A DNA stretch of 64,000 nucleotides, from NCBI GenBank assembly GCA_951406725.2, contig OX597823.1, positions 41,168,001 to 41,232,000 on the forward strand, written 5' to 3'. Positions 14,194-27,276 of this stretch are shown here, piece after piece. The notes beneath the pieces are model-generated. The model did not search any database and had not been told where the DNA came from. It worked only from the letters and a program-made list of their open reading frames with translations. A program made the translations under genes and the position numbers. Source of the stretch: Octopus vulgaris. Taxonomy: Eukaryota. Position 1 is the stretch's first letter. Every line of letters starts with the position of its first letter.

Positions 14194-15042
14194 GGCTAAA
14201 AGCAGAGAGCAAAGGTTTCATCCTGGCTGCTCAAGACCAAAGCCTATCAACCCGGAACTACCAGGCCAATGTGATGAAAAATGGAGCAGACCCAAAATGC
14301 TGATTCTGCAACGACATGATTGAAACAGTGGACCACCTAATCTCTGGATGTAAAGTCTTAGCACCAGTGGAGTATAAATTAAGACATGACAGAGTTGGCC
14401 AATATCTCCACTGGCTAATAAGTCGGCATTACAATATCAAAACTGCCGACAAGTGGTATAATAACCACCCTGAGGCTGTAACTGAAGGAGAAAATGTAAC
14501 CATTCTGTGGGACTTTCCAGTACATACAGACCGAACCATCAAGGCCAATAAACCAGATATTGTTGTGAAAGACCAAAACAATAAAGTTTGCTTATTGATC
14601 GACATGAGCATCCCCTGTGATCATAATATCTCAGCGAAAGAGTTTGACAAGCTCAGAAAATATAAAGACCTCCTCATTGAAATTGAGAAAATGTGGCATC
14701 TCAAGGCGGTTACAATACCAGTGATCGTAGGAGCACTAGGAATGATCAAGAAGGGAACCGAAAATTATATGAGAATGATCCCTGGCTTACCATCCCTGCA
14801 AGAAGTGCAAAAGATTGTCTTAACTGGTACATCACACGTATTGAGAAGAGCATTGTCGATGTGAGAACTGTTGCTGCTCATGTATTTTAATTTAACTTTA
14901 AAAAAAAAATTTAAAAAAAGAAATGAACGAACTACTGAGTTTGGTTTAATGGCCTACCAATATACACTATGAGTTTCTTTGCCCTAGGAGTCGGGAAGAC
15001 ACTCGGCAAGAAATGGAAGAAAATTTGAAAGAAGAAAAAAAA
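14194..15042 (+). mobile_element. R4/Dong-clade non-LTR retrotransposon, 3' fragment (family 1): zinc knuckle, restriction-like endonuclease and 3' UTR
   Basis: GLKAESKGFILAAQDQSL...C*FC-x8-H-x4-C, RHD, KPDIVV, IDMSIP, EFDKLRKYKDL motifs (ORF 14316-14864); (TAA)n on both sides; nonsense codon in the knuckle. Confidence 0.93.
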
Positions 15043-15051
15043 AATAATAAT

Positions 15052-15141
<90 letters not shown>

Positions 15142-15450
15142 CCTAAAAAACAGGAGCAGCTAAGATCTAGAAATAGGGGTAACTCGAATGTGAAGCCTAA
15201 AAACAGAAACACTTCCTCTCATCATAGGGGTATTAGGTATGATACAAACCATTCAGACAAATACATAACAAAAATACCAGGACTTACAAGCATATATAGA
15301 AAATAGCACTATTAGGCACCGCTCACATCCTCCGAAAAACACTTTCAATACAGTGAAAATAAGAGCACCACCACAAACCACAGCACATATCCAAGGCACA
15401 CAGAGCTGCGCCCAGTAGTACAGTGAAAGCACGTGATAAAGATAAGACTA

Positions 15451-15453
<3 letters not shown>
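15142..15453 (+). mobile_element. R4/Dong 3' fragment (family 2, related to the 29-32 kb element)
   Basis: Degenerate ...SDKYITKIPGLTSIY...KIALLGTAHILRKTLSIQ* plus 3' UTR ending actactg-(aat)n, similar to 29325-29640 (-). Confidence 0.9.
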
Positions 15454-15548
<95 letters not shown>

Positions 15549-15567
15549 AATAATAATAATAATAAAT

Positions 15568-16083
15568 GCCCTAAAGCAGTACCAGGCAGTGGCTCTCGTG
15601 GCTTCTGATCTTAACTGATTGGAAGTGTTAACATGTACGTTGTTTTGTCTTGGTATAAAAGATGGGCTACAGCAAATATTCTGCTCAGGACCACAGATTT
15701 GCTTGTCAGTTGCTTGACCTTAACCTTAGTAGCTGATGATATGTGCATCTCTGATCACGAGTAGAAGTAGTGGGGGAGCATCATAGCCATGTGTTGAGAG
15801 GGATTCTTTGGAGTTTGAATAATTCACCTCCGGAAACATGGGTGTTTCGTTCAACTTCCTTAAATAACCCTTATTCAGGGACCTTTTGAGCGCGATTCTA
15901 ACTGGGCCCCACCTGCAAAGCCATGGGCTGTTTATCTTGATATGAGATCACCATGTCGCACACATATGGTTGTGATGCATGTGCCTAGTGTACCCTTATC
16001 AGACGGGTAGTCATGATGGTTATACTGGGCTTCGTATATTTTACCCCAGTGTCACTTTGTTGGCATGAACTGCTCTCTCACTC
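15568..16083 (+). mobile_element. Non-coding ~520-bp (TAA)n-targeting element, copy 1
   Basis: Bounded by (TAA)n on both sides; colinear over its whole length with the reverse complement of 27277-27792, same termini; no ORF. Confidence 0.85.
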
Positions 16084-16142
<59 letters not shown>

Positions 16143-17110
16143 TGAAATAATAATGAAGAAGCATATTTGCAGACGTTTTGGAAGTAAATATTATACAGAA
16201 GATGTAAGGCTGTTTATAATATTGTATACTCCAGAGGCAACTGAAACAGAGAATTTAGTAAAAGAAATAAGTGACAAAATTAAAAAGTATCGGAAATTTT
16301 AAGCAAGCAGCTGATAAAGGGATGGGAAACAAATTGAAAATATTTTGAGGTAGGACGAAACGAAAGAGAGAGGGGGAGGGGAGGATGATAAGTTAATGAT
16401 AAAGCAAAATGAGTACACTAAGTATTAGGTTGGATGATAAGATACATAATATGTATGAAAAGTAAAAAAGAAACTAAGAAATGAAGAAATATGAAATATA
16501 CAGTATGAAATGAGATAATGTAAGATAAGAGAAAAGAGGTTGATTAAATTTCGAAACTAGAAAAGAGATCAATTTATGAGATAAAATTAAATAAAATGGA
16601 CACGAAGGGGACACAAAATAACTAGATGAAATTAAAGTATTAAAAAAATGCACAAAAATATTTAGAATATTAGGAACTATCCTGATGTGGATTAATAATG
16701 TGAGATAGAACATACTAGATAAATTGCTATTCGAACTACAATAGTTGAATAAATTAAATAATTAATTACTTTAAAGTTAATAGTTAATGAGTTTAAAGTA
16801 AATTGGTAAGTATGTTAGCTATGATCGGAGGAAATAATGTTATAGAGAAGAAGGTTTAGTTGCAAAGGGCTTAAAAGAAAAGTCTAAACTTCTGTTATCT
16901 CTTACTTGAAACAGTCAATGGACTGCGGCCATGCTGGGGCACTGCCTTGAAAGATTTTAGTCGAGTACTGTACTTATTCTTTTTTTAAATTCTAGTAATT
17001 TATCTTATCGTTTCTTTTCCCGAACCACTGGGTTACCAGAGCGTAAACACATAACACTGGTTGTCAAGCTGTGTGGGAGAACAGAATATAAATACACACA
17101 TATATGTGTT

Positions 17111-17169
<59 letters not shown>

Positions 17170-17305
17170 CAGAGATGTACTTGCATAGCAAGTGACCTGG
17201 TCTGAGATCGTGTGCTGGAACGAAAACAATTGCAGCGTAGTAGGTGTTTATAAGCCATTTAGGAAACAGAAAAACCGTTAGATTGACTTCAACATTTAAA
17301 TTTAG

Positions 17306-17356
17306 TTTGTCAAAATATTTTCGTCCCTTTGAGATTGCGACCTGTTCACTGACAAA
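17306..17356 (-). ncRNA. Variant minimal type-I hammerhead motif (G3-C8 core)
   Basis: Minus strand: UUUGUCA-GUGAACA-G-GUCGC-aaucucaaa-GGGAC-GAAA-AUAUU-U-UGACAAA; perfect 7-bp stem I, palindromic stem III AAUAUU. Confidence 0.7.
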
Positions 17357-17381
17357 ATTCTGTGCTGCATCTCATAGGAAT

Positions 17382-17432
17382 TTTGTCAGTGAACGGGTTG
17401 CGGTCTCAAAGCGACGAAAATATTTTGGCAAA
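17382..17432 (+). ncRNA. Variant minimal type-I hammerhead motif (inverted partner copy)
   Basis: UUUGUCA-GUGAACG-G-GUUGC-ggucucaaa-GCGAC-GAAA-AUAUU-U-UGGCAAA; stems I and II kept through G-U wobbles; A9 is G here. Confidence 0.65.
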
Positions 17433-17589
17433 TTAAATTTAAATGTTGAAGTGAATCTAACGGTTTTTGTGTGTTTCTTAAATGGCTTATAAACACATTC
17501 CACGTTGCAATTGTTATATATATATATATAGGGTAAAAGGCAAAGCCACCACCCCTTCGATCATGAATGACCATAGAATTGCACTATGT

Positions 17590-17890
17590 TGCAACTCATT
17601 GCTTTAGCTAAGTGAACTGGAGTAACGTGCAAAAAAGTGTCTTTCTCAAGAACACAACACAAATCCCGGTCCGAGAATGGAACTCACGACCTTGTGATTG
17701 TGAGCTCGACACTCTAACTACTGAACCATGTGCATTTACACTCACACATGTTTCCCTCTACCAAATTCCCTCCCAAAGCTTGGTTGCCCTATGGCTATAG
17801 AAGAAAACATTTTCCCAAGTTGCCACGCTGTGGGACTGAACCCCAAACTATGTGTTCGGGTGACAAACTTCTTACCTCACAACCATGCAT
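17590..17890 (-). mobile_element. Two adjacent minus-strand tRNA-derived SINE copies (families C and B)
   Basis: Reverse complements resemble the heads at 37472 and 39669. Confidence 0.65.
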
Positions 17891-18164
17891 AACAAAAAAC
17901 CGGAAACAATAAAGAATCTCATTGAAATACTTGTGTAGTTGAAATTGCAATTGCGTTAAAAAGAAATTGTAGTAGTAAAGTAGGTTAAGATTTGGTAATC
18001 TGAAATCATGTACGTATAAGTAAGAAAATATTTAGAAATATAAAATTAGGGTTATGTACAAAGTGCTATTATCTGTTCAAGTACCCAAATTCTTTCAAAA
18101 TGACTATTAGAAGTTAGGCCTTTGGCGAGAGGAAATTCTCTGTTTTCAGTTGTGCAAATGTTGC

Positions 18165-18388
18165 ATGGTCCTTTGTTTCTGGAATATGGTTCTTCGTCAG
18201 AAAGAGGAAAACGTCCAGAGGGAAGGAAAAGAATAGTCCGAGAAAAGCACGTGTGTCGTTCGAGTGTGATGTAGAGAGAGTTGCAGATATTGGGGAAGAA
18301 ACTTGGAAAGGAAGCTGGTGAGAAGTGAAGTTGCTGGAGGAACGAATAAAGGTCAGGCATGGTGATGAGATGTAGGAAGAAGTGAGGT
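18165..18388 (-). mobile_element. Penelope-like fragment with degenerate hammerhead, copy 1
   Basis: Near-identical to 20999-21206; minus strand CTGACGA-a-gaa-ccata-ttc-ca-GAAAC at 18175-18200; ends in (TA)n. Confidence 0.6.
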
Positions 18389-19295
18389 ATATATATATGT
18401 ATATAGTTGTAAATAAGATTACCATTTGAAATTATAAGTCAAATTTATATATTTTGATTTTTCAGATATTGTGAAACAATGAGATTTAAACAGTAGGAGA
18501 ATTATCAGTTTGTAAGTGGACTTCACTAGACACATAAAGTCTACGACTTTTAGATAGATGATTGATATTACCTATTTGTCAAAAGTACTGGCTCGAGTCC
18601 TAAGACTCAAAAAAACTGATTACCCGGTTTCAATGACGTGTTTGTGAGCGAAATCACAAATTTTCCATTGAAAGGGACGCCAGTCCGCCAAAGTGTTACC
18701 CATTTATAGCTGTATGGTCTGAAGCAACTTCAAAAAAGACAACGTACCGCCCACTTCGAGAATCGTAACCCTAATCTTGCGATTGTGAGCGCCTCAACCA
18801 CTAGATCACACACCTTCACTTACATAGTAACTAGCCTATTCTGTTGTATATGCAAATGATCACTTTTAGTTACCACTCTTAGCTTATTTTCCTTTTAATT
18901 ACGTGAATTATGCTAGGCCATAAATATTCTCAACCCCTTTTGTCTAATCTGATGTTTGGCTGGAGTCAAGATAAGACGATGCTGTGCTGATGACGTCTAT
19001 TGGGACAGAAAAACTAATTCACAGATGTTCCCTTGTTCCCAGAAAAACAATCTAAACTCGAATAACAAAGAAATTCAGAAGAATTGTCGATTCTGTGATA
19101 TTATCTCCCCTTCTCATTTGGAGCTGGTTGCAAGCCCAGTAGGTGTTTGTTTACTTTCCTCGAAACGATGATAATTTCAATAAATGATGAATTTTCCTTG
19201 TATCTAGTTTACCACTCTTCGTCTTTCTTTACTAAGTTCATAGCAGTTACCCACTCCAACCATTTCTTTAATACATACATACATACATACATACA

Positions 19296-19327
<32 letters not shown>

Positions 19328-19334
19328 CATATAT

Positions 19335-19408
<74 letters not shown>

Positions 19409-19410
<2 letters not shown>

Positions 19411-19644
19411 CTTAATAATGTCAATTGAGACAATGCAAGCGGAAACTAGAGGAACATAATTAATAACCACACTCGAAATCAAATATATACATATATTCTT
19501 CTACATTTATAAAACGGATATAAAAATTTTTATATCCGTTTTATAGATGTAGAAGAATATACGTATATATTTGATTTCGAGTGTGGCTATTAATTATGTT
19601 CCTCTAGTTTCCGCTTGCATTGCCTCAATTGAGATTATTAAGCG
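19409..19644. repeat. 236-bp spacer-less near-perfect palindrome
   Basis: Centre between 19526 and 19527 (aaaaa|ttttt); about 5 mismatches between the 118-bp arms; insertion (to ~19718) is flanked by (TA)n. Confidence 0.95.
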
Positions 19645-19714
19645 GTATATAGCTCACTTGGAGCACTACAACTCCAGTCTGTATTTTATTTGCGAGTATT
19701 GCTAACACTAGCAA

Positions 19715-19783
<69 letters not shown>

Positions 19784-20795
19784 GGCACACACACATACAT
19801 AAATACATATACACATGCATACATATATGTGTGTTTGTGTGTGAGGTGTGTGTGACAAGCAGTTTCCCATCTATCAAATTCTCTCAGCAACCCAAAGTGC
19901 TGCGCACAGCAGGAATGAACCTGAAACTTAGTATTAGCGAAGCGAACTTTGTAACCATGCAGCCATTTCTCTATGTATATATGTATATATGTATGTATGT
20001 GCATACATGTATATATTTGTATGTATAGCAGGATAACTGCGAAACACATACATACATACATACATACATACATACATACATACATACATACATACATACA
20101 TACATACATACATACATACATACATACATGCAGCAAAGTAGGATACCAGTCTTTGTCTGGATTTTTTGTTTTTAATGTCCTTGTTGTGCTTCATACTGCT
20201 AGATAGCATAGCTCTACATATTCCAACACTCACCAATTAATTAATGTTTGAGAAAGTGAAAGATCAATATCATATGATAAACACAAGAAACCGAGAATAT
20301 ATAATTTAAATTTCTTTTCAACAAAACTCTTTCTTAGCGATGTAATTTTCTGCGAAGCCTAAAAATTTTGATATCAGAACTGATATTGTGTACATGAATA
20401 TTATTTTGGTATACGTGCTGCTGCTGCTGTCGTTGCTGCTGCTGCTGATGTTGCTATTAATGGATTAATACATTAATTTCTAGTGGCAGCGGAAATTTAA
20501 AAAGAGAAAGTTGTATTTGGTAAATTTGAATTCAGCAAATAGAGAAGCGGTTGCTTTAATGTTAGTAATTAGTATTTTAAGGTACTATGTAAAATATTTG
20601 TCAACGTCAGTACATGTTACGGTATGTAATAAATTAAATTTACAGAAATTTAAATAATATATTCTCGGTTCCTTGTGTAATACCGATCTTCCACTTTTTC
20701 TAATATTAATTAATTGATTTGTATTGGAACATATAGCTATACTAGCTAACAGAACAAAGCACAATGAGGACATTAAAAACATCCAAAGAAACACA

Positions 20796-20868
<73 letters not shown>

Positions 20869-20879
20869 GTATGTATATA

Positions 20880-21305
<426 letters not shown>

Positions 21306-21424
21306 TAATACAAAAACCAAAATCAAATACAAAAAGCAACAAATAGTTCGAGGGACTTTTACGGTTAATATTGTTAGGTTGACGCTCAAAGGAGGGAAAA
21401 TGTCAAAAAGTAAAACTTATTGAG

Positions 21425-21610
21425 TGAAAGTATGACGTTTCGAACAATTAATTATTCTCCTGATAGACCTGGCTGACAACCGGGTCTATCACGCATGCGA
21501 TATAAGTTATTCAACATAAATCCAAAAGTTTGTAGTACTTAATTACTGAACGCATTGAGTGCCGGGCAGTTTCGTCAATCTGCACTGGACAAGCTCGTCT
21601 GATGGCAATC
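21425..21610 (-). ncRNA. Two degenerate hammerhead motifs in tandem plus a hairpin
   Basis: Minus strand: CAGACGA...gac-GAAA-ctgcccggcac-TC (21555-21605) and C--AGGA-gaataat/attgttc-GAAA-cg-TC (21430-21466); hairpin tgatagacctgg/ccgggtctatca at 21461-21491. Confidence 0.45.
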
Positions 21611-22320
21611 CAGTCCCTAATATTAATGATTTCTTAGTCAAGTTGTTATCCAAATTCCTGGTTGACGTGTTTGACTAAACACTTTCCCCTAGAAATCACT
21701 AGACTTATTCTTAAATTGTAAACAATGAGTTAATCAGAGAAGGAGGAAATAATGCCTATGACGTCAGGTAGGCCATCCTAGACTTCACAGATTCGTGATT
21801 CAGTGTTTACAGAAAAAAAGATGAGCAAGGAGGGATCTCTAATGGGCTACGGTTTGGGAGAATAAGAAGTGGGCGAAATATTTCAGCTTAAGTTATAAGA
21901 CACGGTGAGAGTAGAGACAAAAGGAGAGGCGGCTGGGTTGCGTTCTAGATATAGAGAATATGTTGCTCTATGTTTAGAGGGTAGTATAGAAAAGCGGAGT
22001 TGGTTTTAGTGACGATAGAAGAGGAAAAACGACTAAGCAAATGAATTTGCAACCTATCAACTGATTGCTGCAATCAATTGGTTACAGTTTCTAATTAAAC
22101 AGCTATGCTTCATTAAATATTAATTACTTATGCTTTAACTATTGAAAATGTTCGAAAGAATTACGAATTTTGTATTTAGGTTAGGCCAGAAATTCAAACT
22201 TCTCATTATTTTTATATTTATTTAGTTCTCTATTTTGTTTTCTAATTGGCAAAAGGTCAGTCTATGATTATTGTTCAAATATTATTAGAAATACCTAGTT
22301 ATTATTAAAACATAACATAA

Positions 22321-22535
22321 GGTGGCGAGTTGGCAGAATTGCCAGCTCTCCAGACAAAGCGTTTAATGGCATTTCTTGCGGCTTTACGCTCTGAATTTAA
22401 ATTCCGCTGAGGTAGACTTTACCTTTCATTCTTTCAGGGTTGATAAAATATATTCCAGTTTAGTACTGGGATCGATGTAACCGACTAACTCCTTTCCTCT
22501 AAAGGCTGCTGGCCTTGTGCCAAATTTTGAAATCT
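22321..22535 (+). mobile_element. SINE family A, diverged copy
   Basis: Aligns to the 8362 and 28152 copies. Confidence 0.8.
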
Positions 22536-22804
22536 TTATTTGTATATTGCATATAAAATGCAACCATCACCAGACTTGTTACACATGCACCATATTTGAA
22601 TATATGATTTAAAACAATTACTTTACCATTTGGTATATGCATTATTTGAGCTATCCGATGTACAATTTATCTCTTATTGTAATTATGTGCTATCCAGTCT
22701 TGATATTTCGGTTATGTCATATCTAGTTTCTCGAAATCCAATATCTAAATATTAAGCATTTTTCTGAGAAATATTTACATATTTATTACTAATATTTAAT
22801 ATTT

Positions 22805-22878
<74 letters not shown>

Positions 22879-23602
22879 TCTCTCTCTCTCTTTCTTTCAA
22901 GCTGACATATTTTGACTGCTTTCTAAATTACAACTACGAATAGCTATTCTAACTTTAAGCCCTCTTGTCAATATTTAACCCTTTCAAGTTTTCAAGTCTG
23001 CAGTATTCATAATGGCTATCACACATAATTCTATTTGTATATATTCTACGGCAAATGCATTGACTTTTCCAAATTCACTTCAGAGCAAGAAATGTCATGT
23101 CAAACAGTTGCAGTTGGCCTTCACTAGTTAAAGACAAAGGGTATGAATTCTTTCTCAAGCGTTTGGAATTATGCAAGAATGAGTATGACGTTCAGTGACA
23201 TTTTCCTCATTCCAAGTTCCATCGTTTAACTCGTTGATATTGTTCTTTTTCAATAAACTTAGACGTTCCTGTAAAAAATATTAACTTATCTCAAAATGGC
23301 CCGACAAAGGTACTTCTACGAGCTCGTTTTATCTGTTGAAAATGGTAGCGTATCTCTCTCAAATCAAAACACGACCGTCTCAGTTGTGAAAGATATGGTG
23401 GTTAGTGTAACTCTAGCTGCTTTATGTCTGAATAAAATATGGGATCGTTATGTTTGCAACGCTTTGACAATTAATTTAGTCGATCAGCCAAGGATGACTT
23501 GGGGTTTTACAGAAACAACACCTCATTTAGGCAACAAACGTTTAAATCGTCTCTCTCTTTCAAGTCTTGAATAATTTCTTTTAACTGTCTTGAGACATAT
23601 TA

Positions 23603-23819
23603 CAGTAGCGTAGCTAAAGTGTGTACCGAGACATATTATAGTAGCGTAGCTAAAGTGTGTATCGTCTAGGACAGCCCTTAAGTTTGTTCCTCGTCACCAC
23701 TCGCACTCCCTATACAGGCTTATACAGCAGACCCAAAAGTGCTACCCTTCCCCATAAATGCGCCGCTCGGAGCGGACAACCAACTCACCCCATCCCTACC
23801 CAGCCTACCTACACTACTG
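23603..23819. mobile_element. Probable hAT-type MITE with duplicated left end
   Basis: Termini cagtagcgtag ... ctacactactg are inverted repeats; 36-bp tandem duplication 23592-23663 spans the left end; no clear TSD. Confidence 0.5.
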
Positions 23820-25829
23820 ATTACAAAACTGTCAGATTAAATAACGTGTTTGAATATTTCCTTGCGGTAAGATATTTTGAAAAAGAAGCAATTCCAAACT
23901 CCTTCAATATTGCTGAACTTTTAATGTACCATTCCTTGAAACCTTTTTATTAGACATCAGAAGGAATAAATAGCAGAGGGTTGGCTAAGTCTCTGGACAA
24001 AGCGCTGAAAATAAGCTTGTTTAGTATTTTATGAAGGAATGTTAAATTATATTAAAGAAATTCCTATATACTTCGTAGAAGTACTATTAACAAACAAAAG
24101 ACCCAAACATATTTCTGTCAGCCAGTCTCAGATATATCTGGCTTAAATCAACTTTGCTTTTCAGCCTTTGGGACTCAACAGAATAACGTACCAATCTAGT
24201 ACTTGGATCGATGATATCAACTTATCATCTCACTTCAGAATTTACTGGCCTTGTGCCTAAACCAGAAAATATTATCATTATTAATTGTAGTCGCAGCTGC
24301 TGTATTTTATTGTTCTTGTTTATAACTGTATTTTAGTTACTGTTGCCTGTAATTTTGTTGTTGTCATGTTTAACCAATCACTAATACCTTGATTTATGGC
24401 AAGCTTTGGAAATAATACTGGTAAGCAGTAAACGAAAATACTTTGTGTGTGTGTGTGTGTGTAACATTTTATTCAAATCAATATTAGTTACAATGGTAGG
24501 AGTGAATAAATCTGAAGAAAAAAAGATTGGAAATGGGAAAAATAGAGACGAAAAATTTTTCTTTTTCTTGAGGAACCGTGATTTGCCTGAGGGATCTATG
24601 GACCCACTACTGAAAAACAACATACTAAAAATAAATTTTAAAAAGGAAAGTGAGAGAGAAAAAACATCAAACAAAAACATCTGTAGTAATCACAATACTT
24701 AGTGAGGAAACACAATACGTAGCATTTAAAAATAAAAATACAGAATAGCAAAAGACTTTTGAGTAAGAAGAGAGAAGAGAGAAAGAGTGAAAGACTCTGT
24801 GTGTGTGTGTGTGTGCTTTGGGAGGGAAAAGCGGATGAAAATCTTTAAAAGTTAGTTCCCATCCTGAAAATTCTGGAGATTGACAGCTCAAAGTAAAAAA
24901 AAATCCAATAGTAACGGCAGCCTCTTAATGATTTTTTAAAAATAATTCAAAATGACAAGGAATTGATTGAAAAACTAAAAGCTATAAAAAATAAATAAAA
25001 AATATTGCTAGTCTGGAAAGGAATTAAGAAGCCTAATCTTTATTTTTCTCCTCTTCACACCAACCATAACGCCTCTGGTGACAAGTGGGATAACAACGAC
25101 GGTAATGGTTGTGGCGGTTGTTGACGTTGTTTTTGTTGTTTAACCCAGGTCAGACCTGATCGAGCAAACCTATGATCAAAGACAGCTCACTCGTGGCCGT
25201 CTTTTGTTTTGTTTTGTTTTTTTTTTGCTTCCCAACCACACGTGTGGTACCTCGAGCAGGTATCTTCTACTATGGCCCCAGGCCAACGTATACTTTGTGA
25301 GAGGATTTCCGAAACGGAAACCGAAAGAAGCCTGTCGTATGGTGGGGGATGATGGAGATATTTGTGTCTTTATCCCACCACCATTTGACAACCAGCGATG
25401 GTTTGCTTACGTTCCAATAAGTTAGCGGTTCGGCTAAAGAAACCGATAGAATAAGTACCAGATTTTAGAAAAAATAACTCCTGGGGTCGATTTGTTCGAC
25501 CCAAACACTCCAAGACGATGCCCCAGCATGACCGCTGTCCGATGATTGAAACAAGTAAAAAAAAGCTAAAAGCTAATTGCATGATTTTAGGCATATGGTT
25601 AGCGAGTGTCGAACTATGTTTTCGTCTTGTGAAGAAAATAATTATTGTTTTTCAACAAAGGTTTTAAGTGAGGCGAAAAAGGAAAGATGGCCCTTTGAAG
25701 TATTGCCATATGGGTAACATGATTAACAAATTAGTATCCCTTGAAATTTGTTCAGGTTTCGTTTGATGCTGATGGCATCGTTTTCTTTTTTTATTGTTTT
25801 AAGATAATGTTTAATAGAGCAGGGCCTGT

Positions 25830-27125
25830 TGAGGAAAAGAAATTGTGTTGCAGTGAATATGTGTTGTGAACCTGACTTGCGTATGGCACGTGACCCCAGC
25901 CTTGGATGAATTCTGAATCTAACATTAAGGTCATTTGGGCAATGCTGGTGGTAGATTCTCAACATTATGCAAATGATGTAGCGCTCACGGCAGCACTGGA
26001 GAAAATAAAGTTTCAATGTTTTAAGGCGGCCCCAATAATCAAGATCAGTCGCGCCCTTAATTCTTTAATGGATGCTCTCCAAAGTGACTCAGTTCTTGTA
26101 ATATTTTATTTGGTGTGGGGAGACCACAAGGGGCAGCAGTACTCTAAGTATGGCCGTACGAAGGAAGAAAAGGCGGGAATGATAGCATCGTGCTCTCTGA
26201 ACCGGAAAGTTCTGAGGATCCAGGAGCGCATCCAGCGAGCCATATCAACTTTATTGTTAATGTGGGCACTCCAGCTGATATTGTTGGCAACAATTACTCC
26301 TTAGTCCCTGATATTTTAAGTCGTTGAGAGTACTTCCCCTGAAGGAAGAGTATATGGTTGTTTGGGCATAGACTTTTTTTTCTAAAATGCTTCAGTTCAA
26401 ATTTTCCCTCGTTTAACTGCATTTTGTATTTTGCCGCGTGTAGATCAAACTGGAGTTTACTTCGGTCCATTGATAATTTTCTGGAGCTTGGGGTCATCTA
26501 CAAATATTTTCATTTTGCCGTGTTAGCTGACACTTGAAATGTTTATACATACTAGAAAGAGAGGTAGACCCAAAACAATCCCCCGGGGAACACCTCTGGT
26601 GACTTTTGTTGGATTTGAGTGGATTTCACCAGTCATAATATGTGTTCTGTTCACCAGAAACTATTTAATCCAGTATCGTAGTTTTCCATAGATTCCAATA
26701 ATTGAAACTTTGATAGAAGGATATTGTGGTCGACTCCATCGAACGCTTTGCTGAAGCCAAGATATATGACATCAGATTTTGAACCTGTTCCAAGGCTTTA
26801 AGGATATCATCAATGTAATGCAAGAACTGTGTTAGGAAGTCCCTGTCGCAGCGAAAGCCATGCTGGTTCAATTTAGAAGGTTATGGCTCTCCCGGACGCC
26901 AGGTATCTTTGATGTCGCCAGCCTTTCAAGCACTTCGATGATATGGGTGGGGGTGAGGAGATTGGCGGTGGCTAACTGCGTGCAACTTGCTTCAACTTTT
27001 GAATACCGGAATGATAGATTAGGATAAGAACTGTTTCGGTATATAGCCTAAATCTAAAGAATTTCTCCAGAAATTGGTTAGAAGTGTTGTAGTTTGGTAT
27101 TTAGACTCCTTCAGGATACTACCAG
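25830..27125 (-). mobile_element. Degenerate CR1/L2-clade LINE ORF2 (RT) fragment
   Basis: Broken frames give NQHGFRCDRDFLTQFLHYIDDILKALE, GVPRGIVLG, WILRTFRFRE...FVRPYLEYCCPLWSPH; many stops and frameshifts. Confidence 0.85.
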
Positions 27126-27276
27126 GGAATCTATCAGGGCCTACAGCAGAATAGCATTTGATTTTAATTTCATTTTTGTAGCAAATTGTTATTGTTTTAT
27201 TGTATACACGAATTTTTGTGCTAAGCCCCACTTGTCCCTTGTAGCTAATGAAGAAATAATTATTGTTATTATTATT

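Larger units (their letters stand above)
17169..17516. mobile_element. Fold-back Penelope-like insertion in (TA)n with ~135-bp inverted arms
   Basis: 17226-17360 is the reverse complement of 17378-17516; 17-nt spacer; (TA)n on both flanks; each arm holds a hammerhead motif. Confidence 0.85.

Noticed and set aside
15733-15770. CTGATGA (CTGACGA in copy 2) in the 520-bp element as a hammerhead core
   Set aside because: No suitably placed GAAA or stems II/III.
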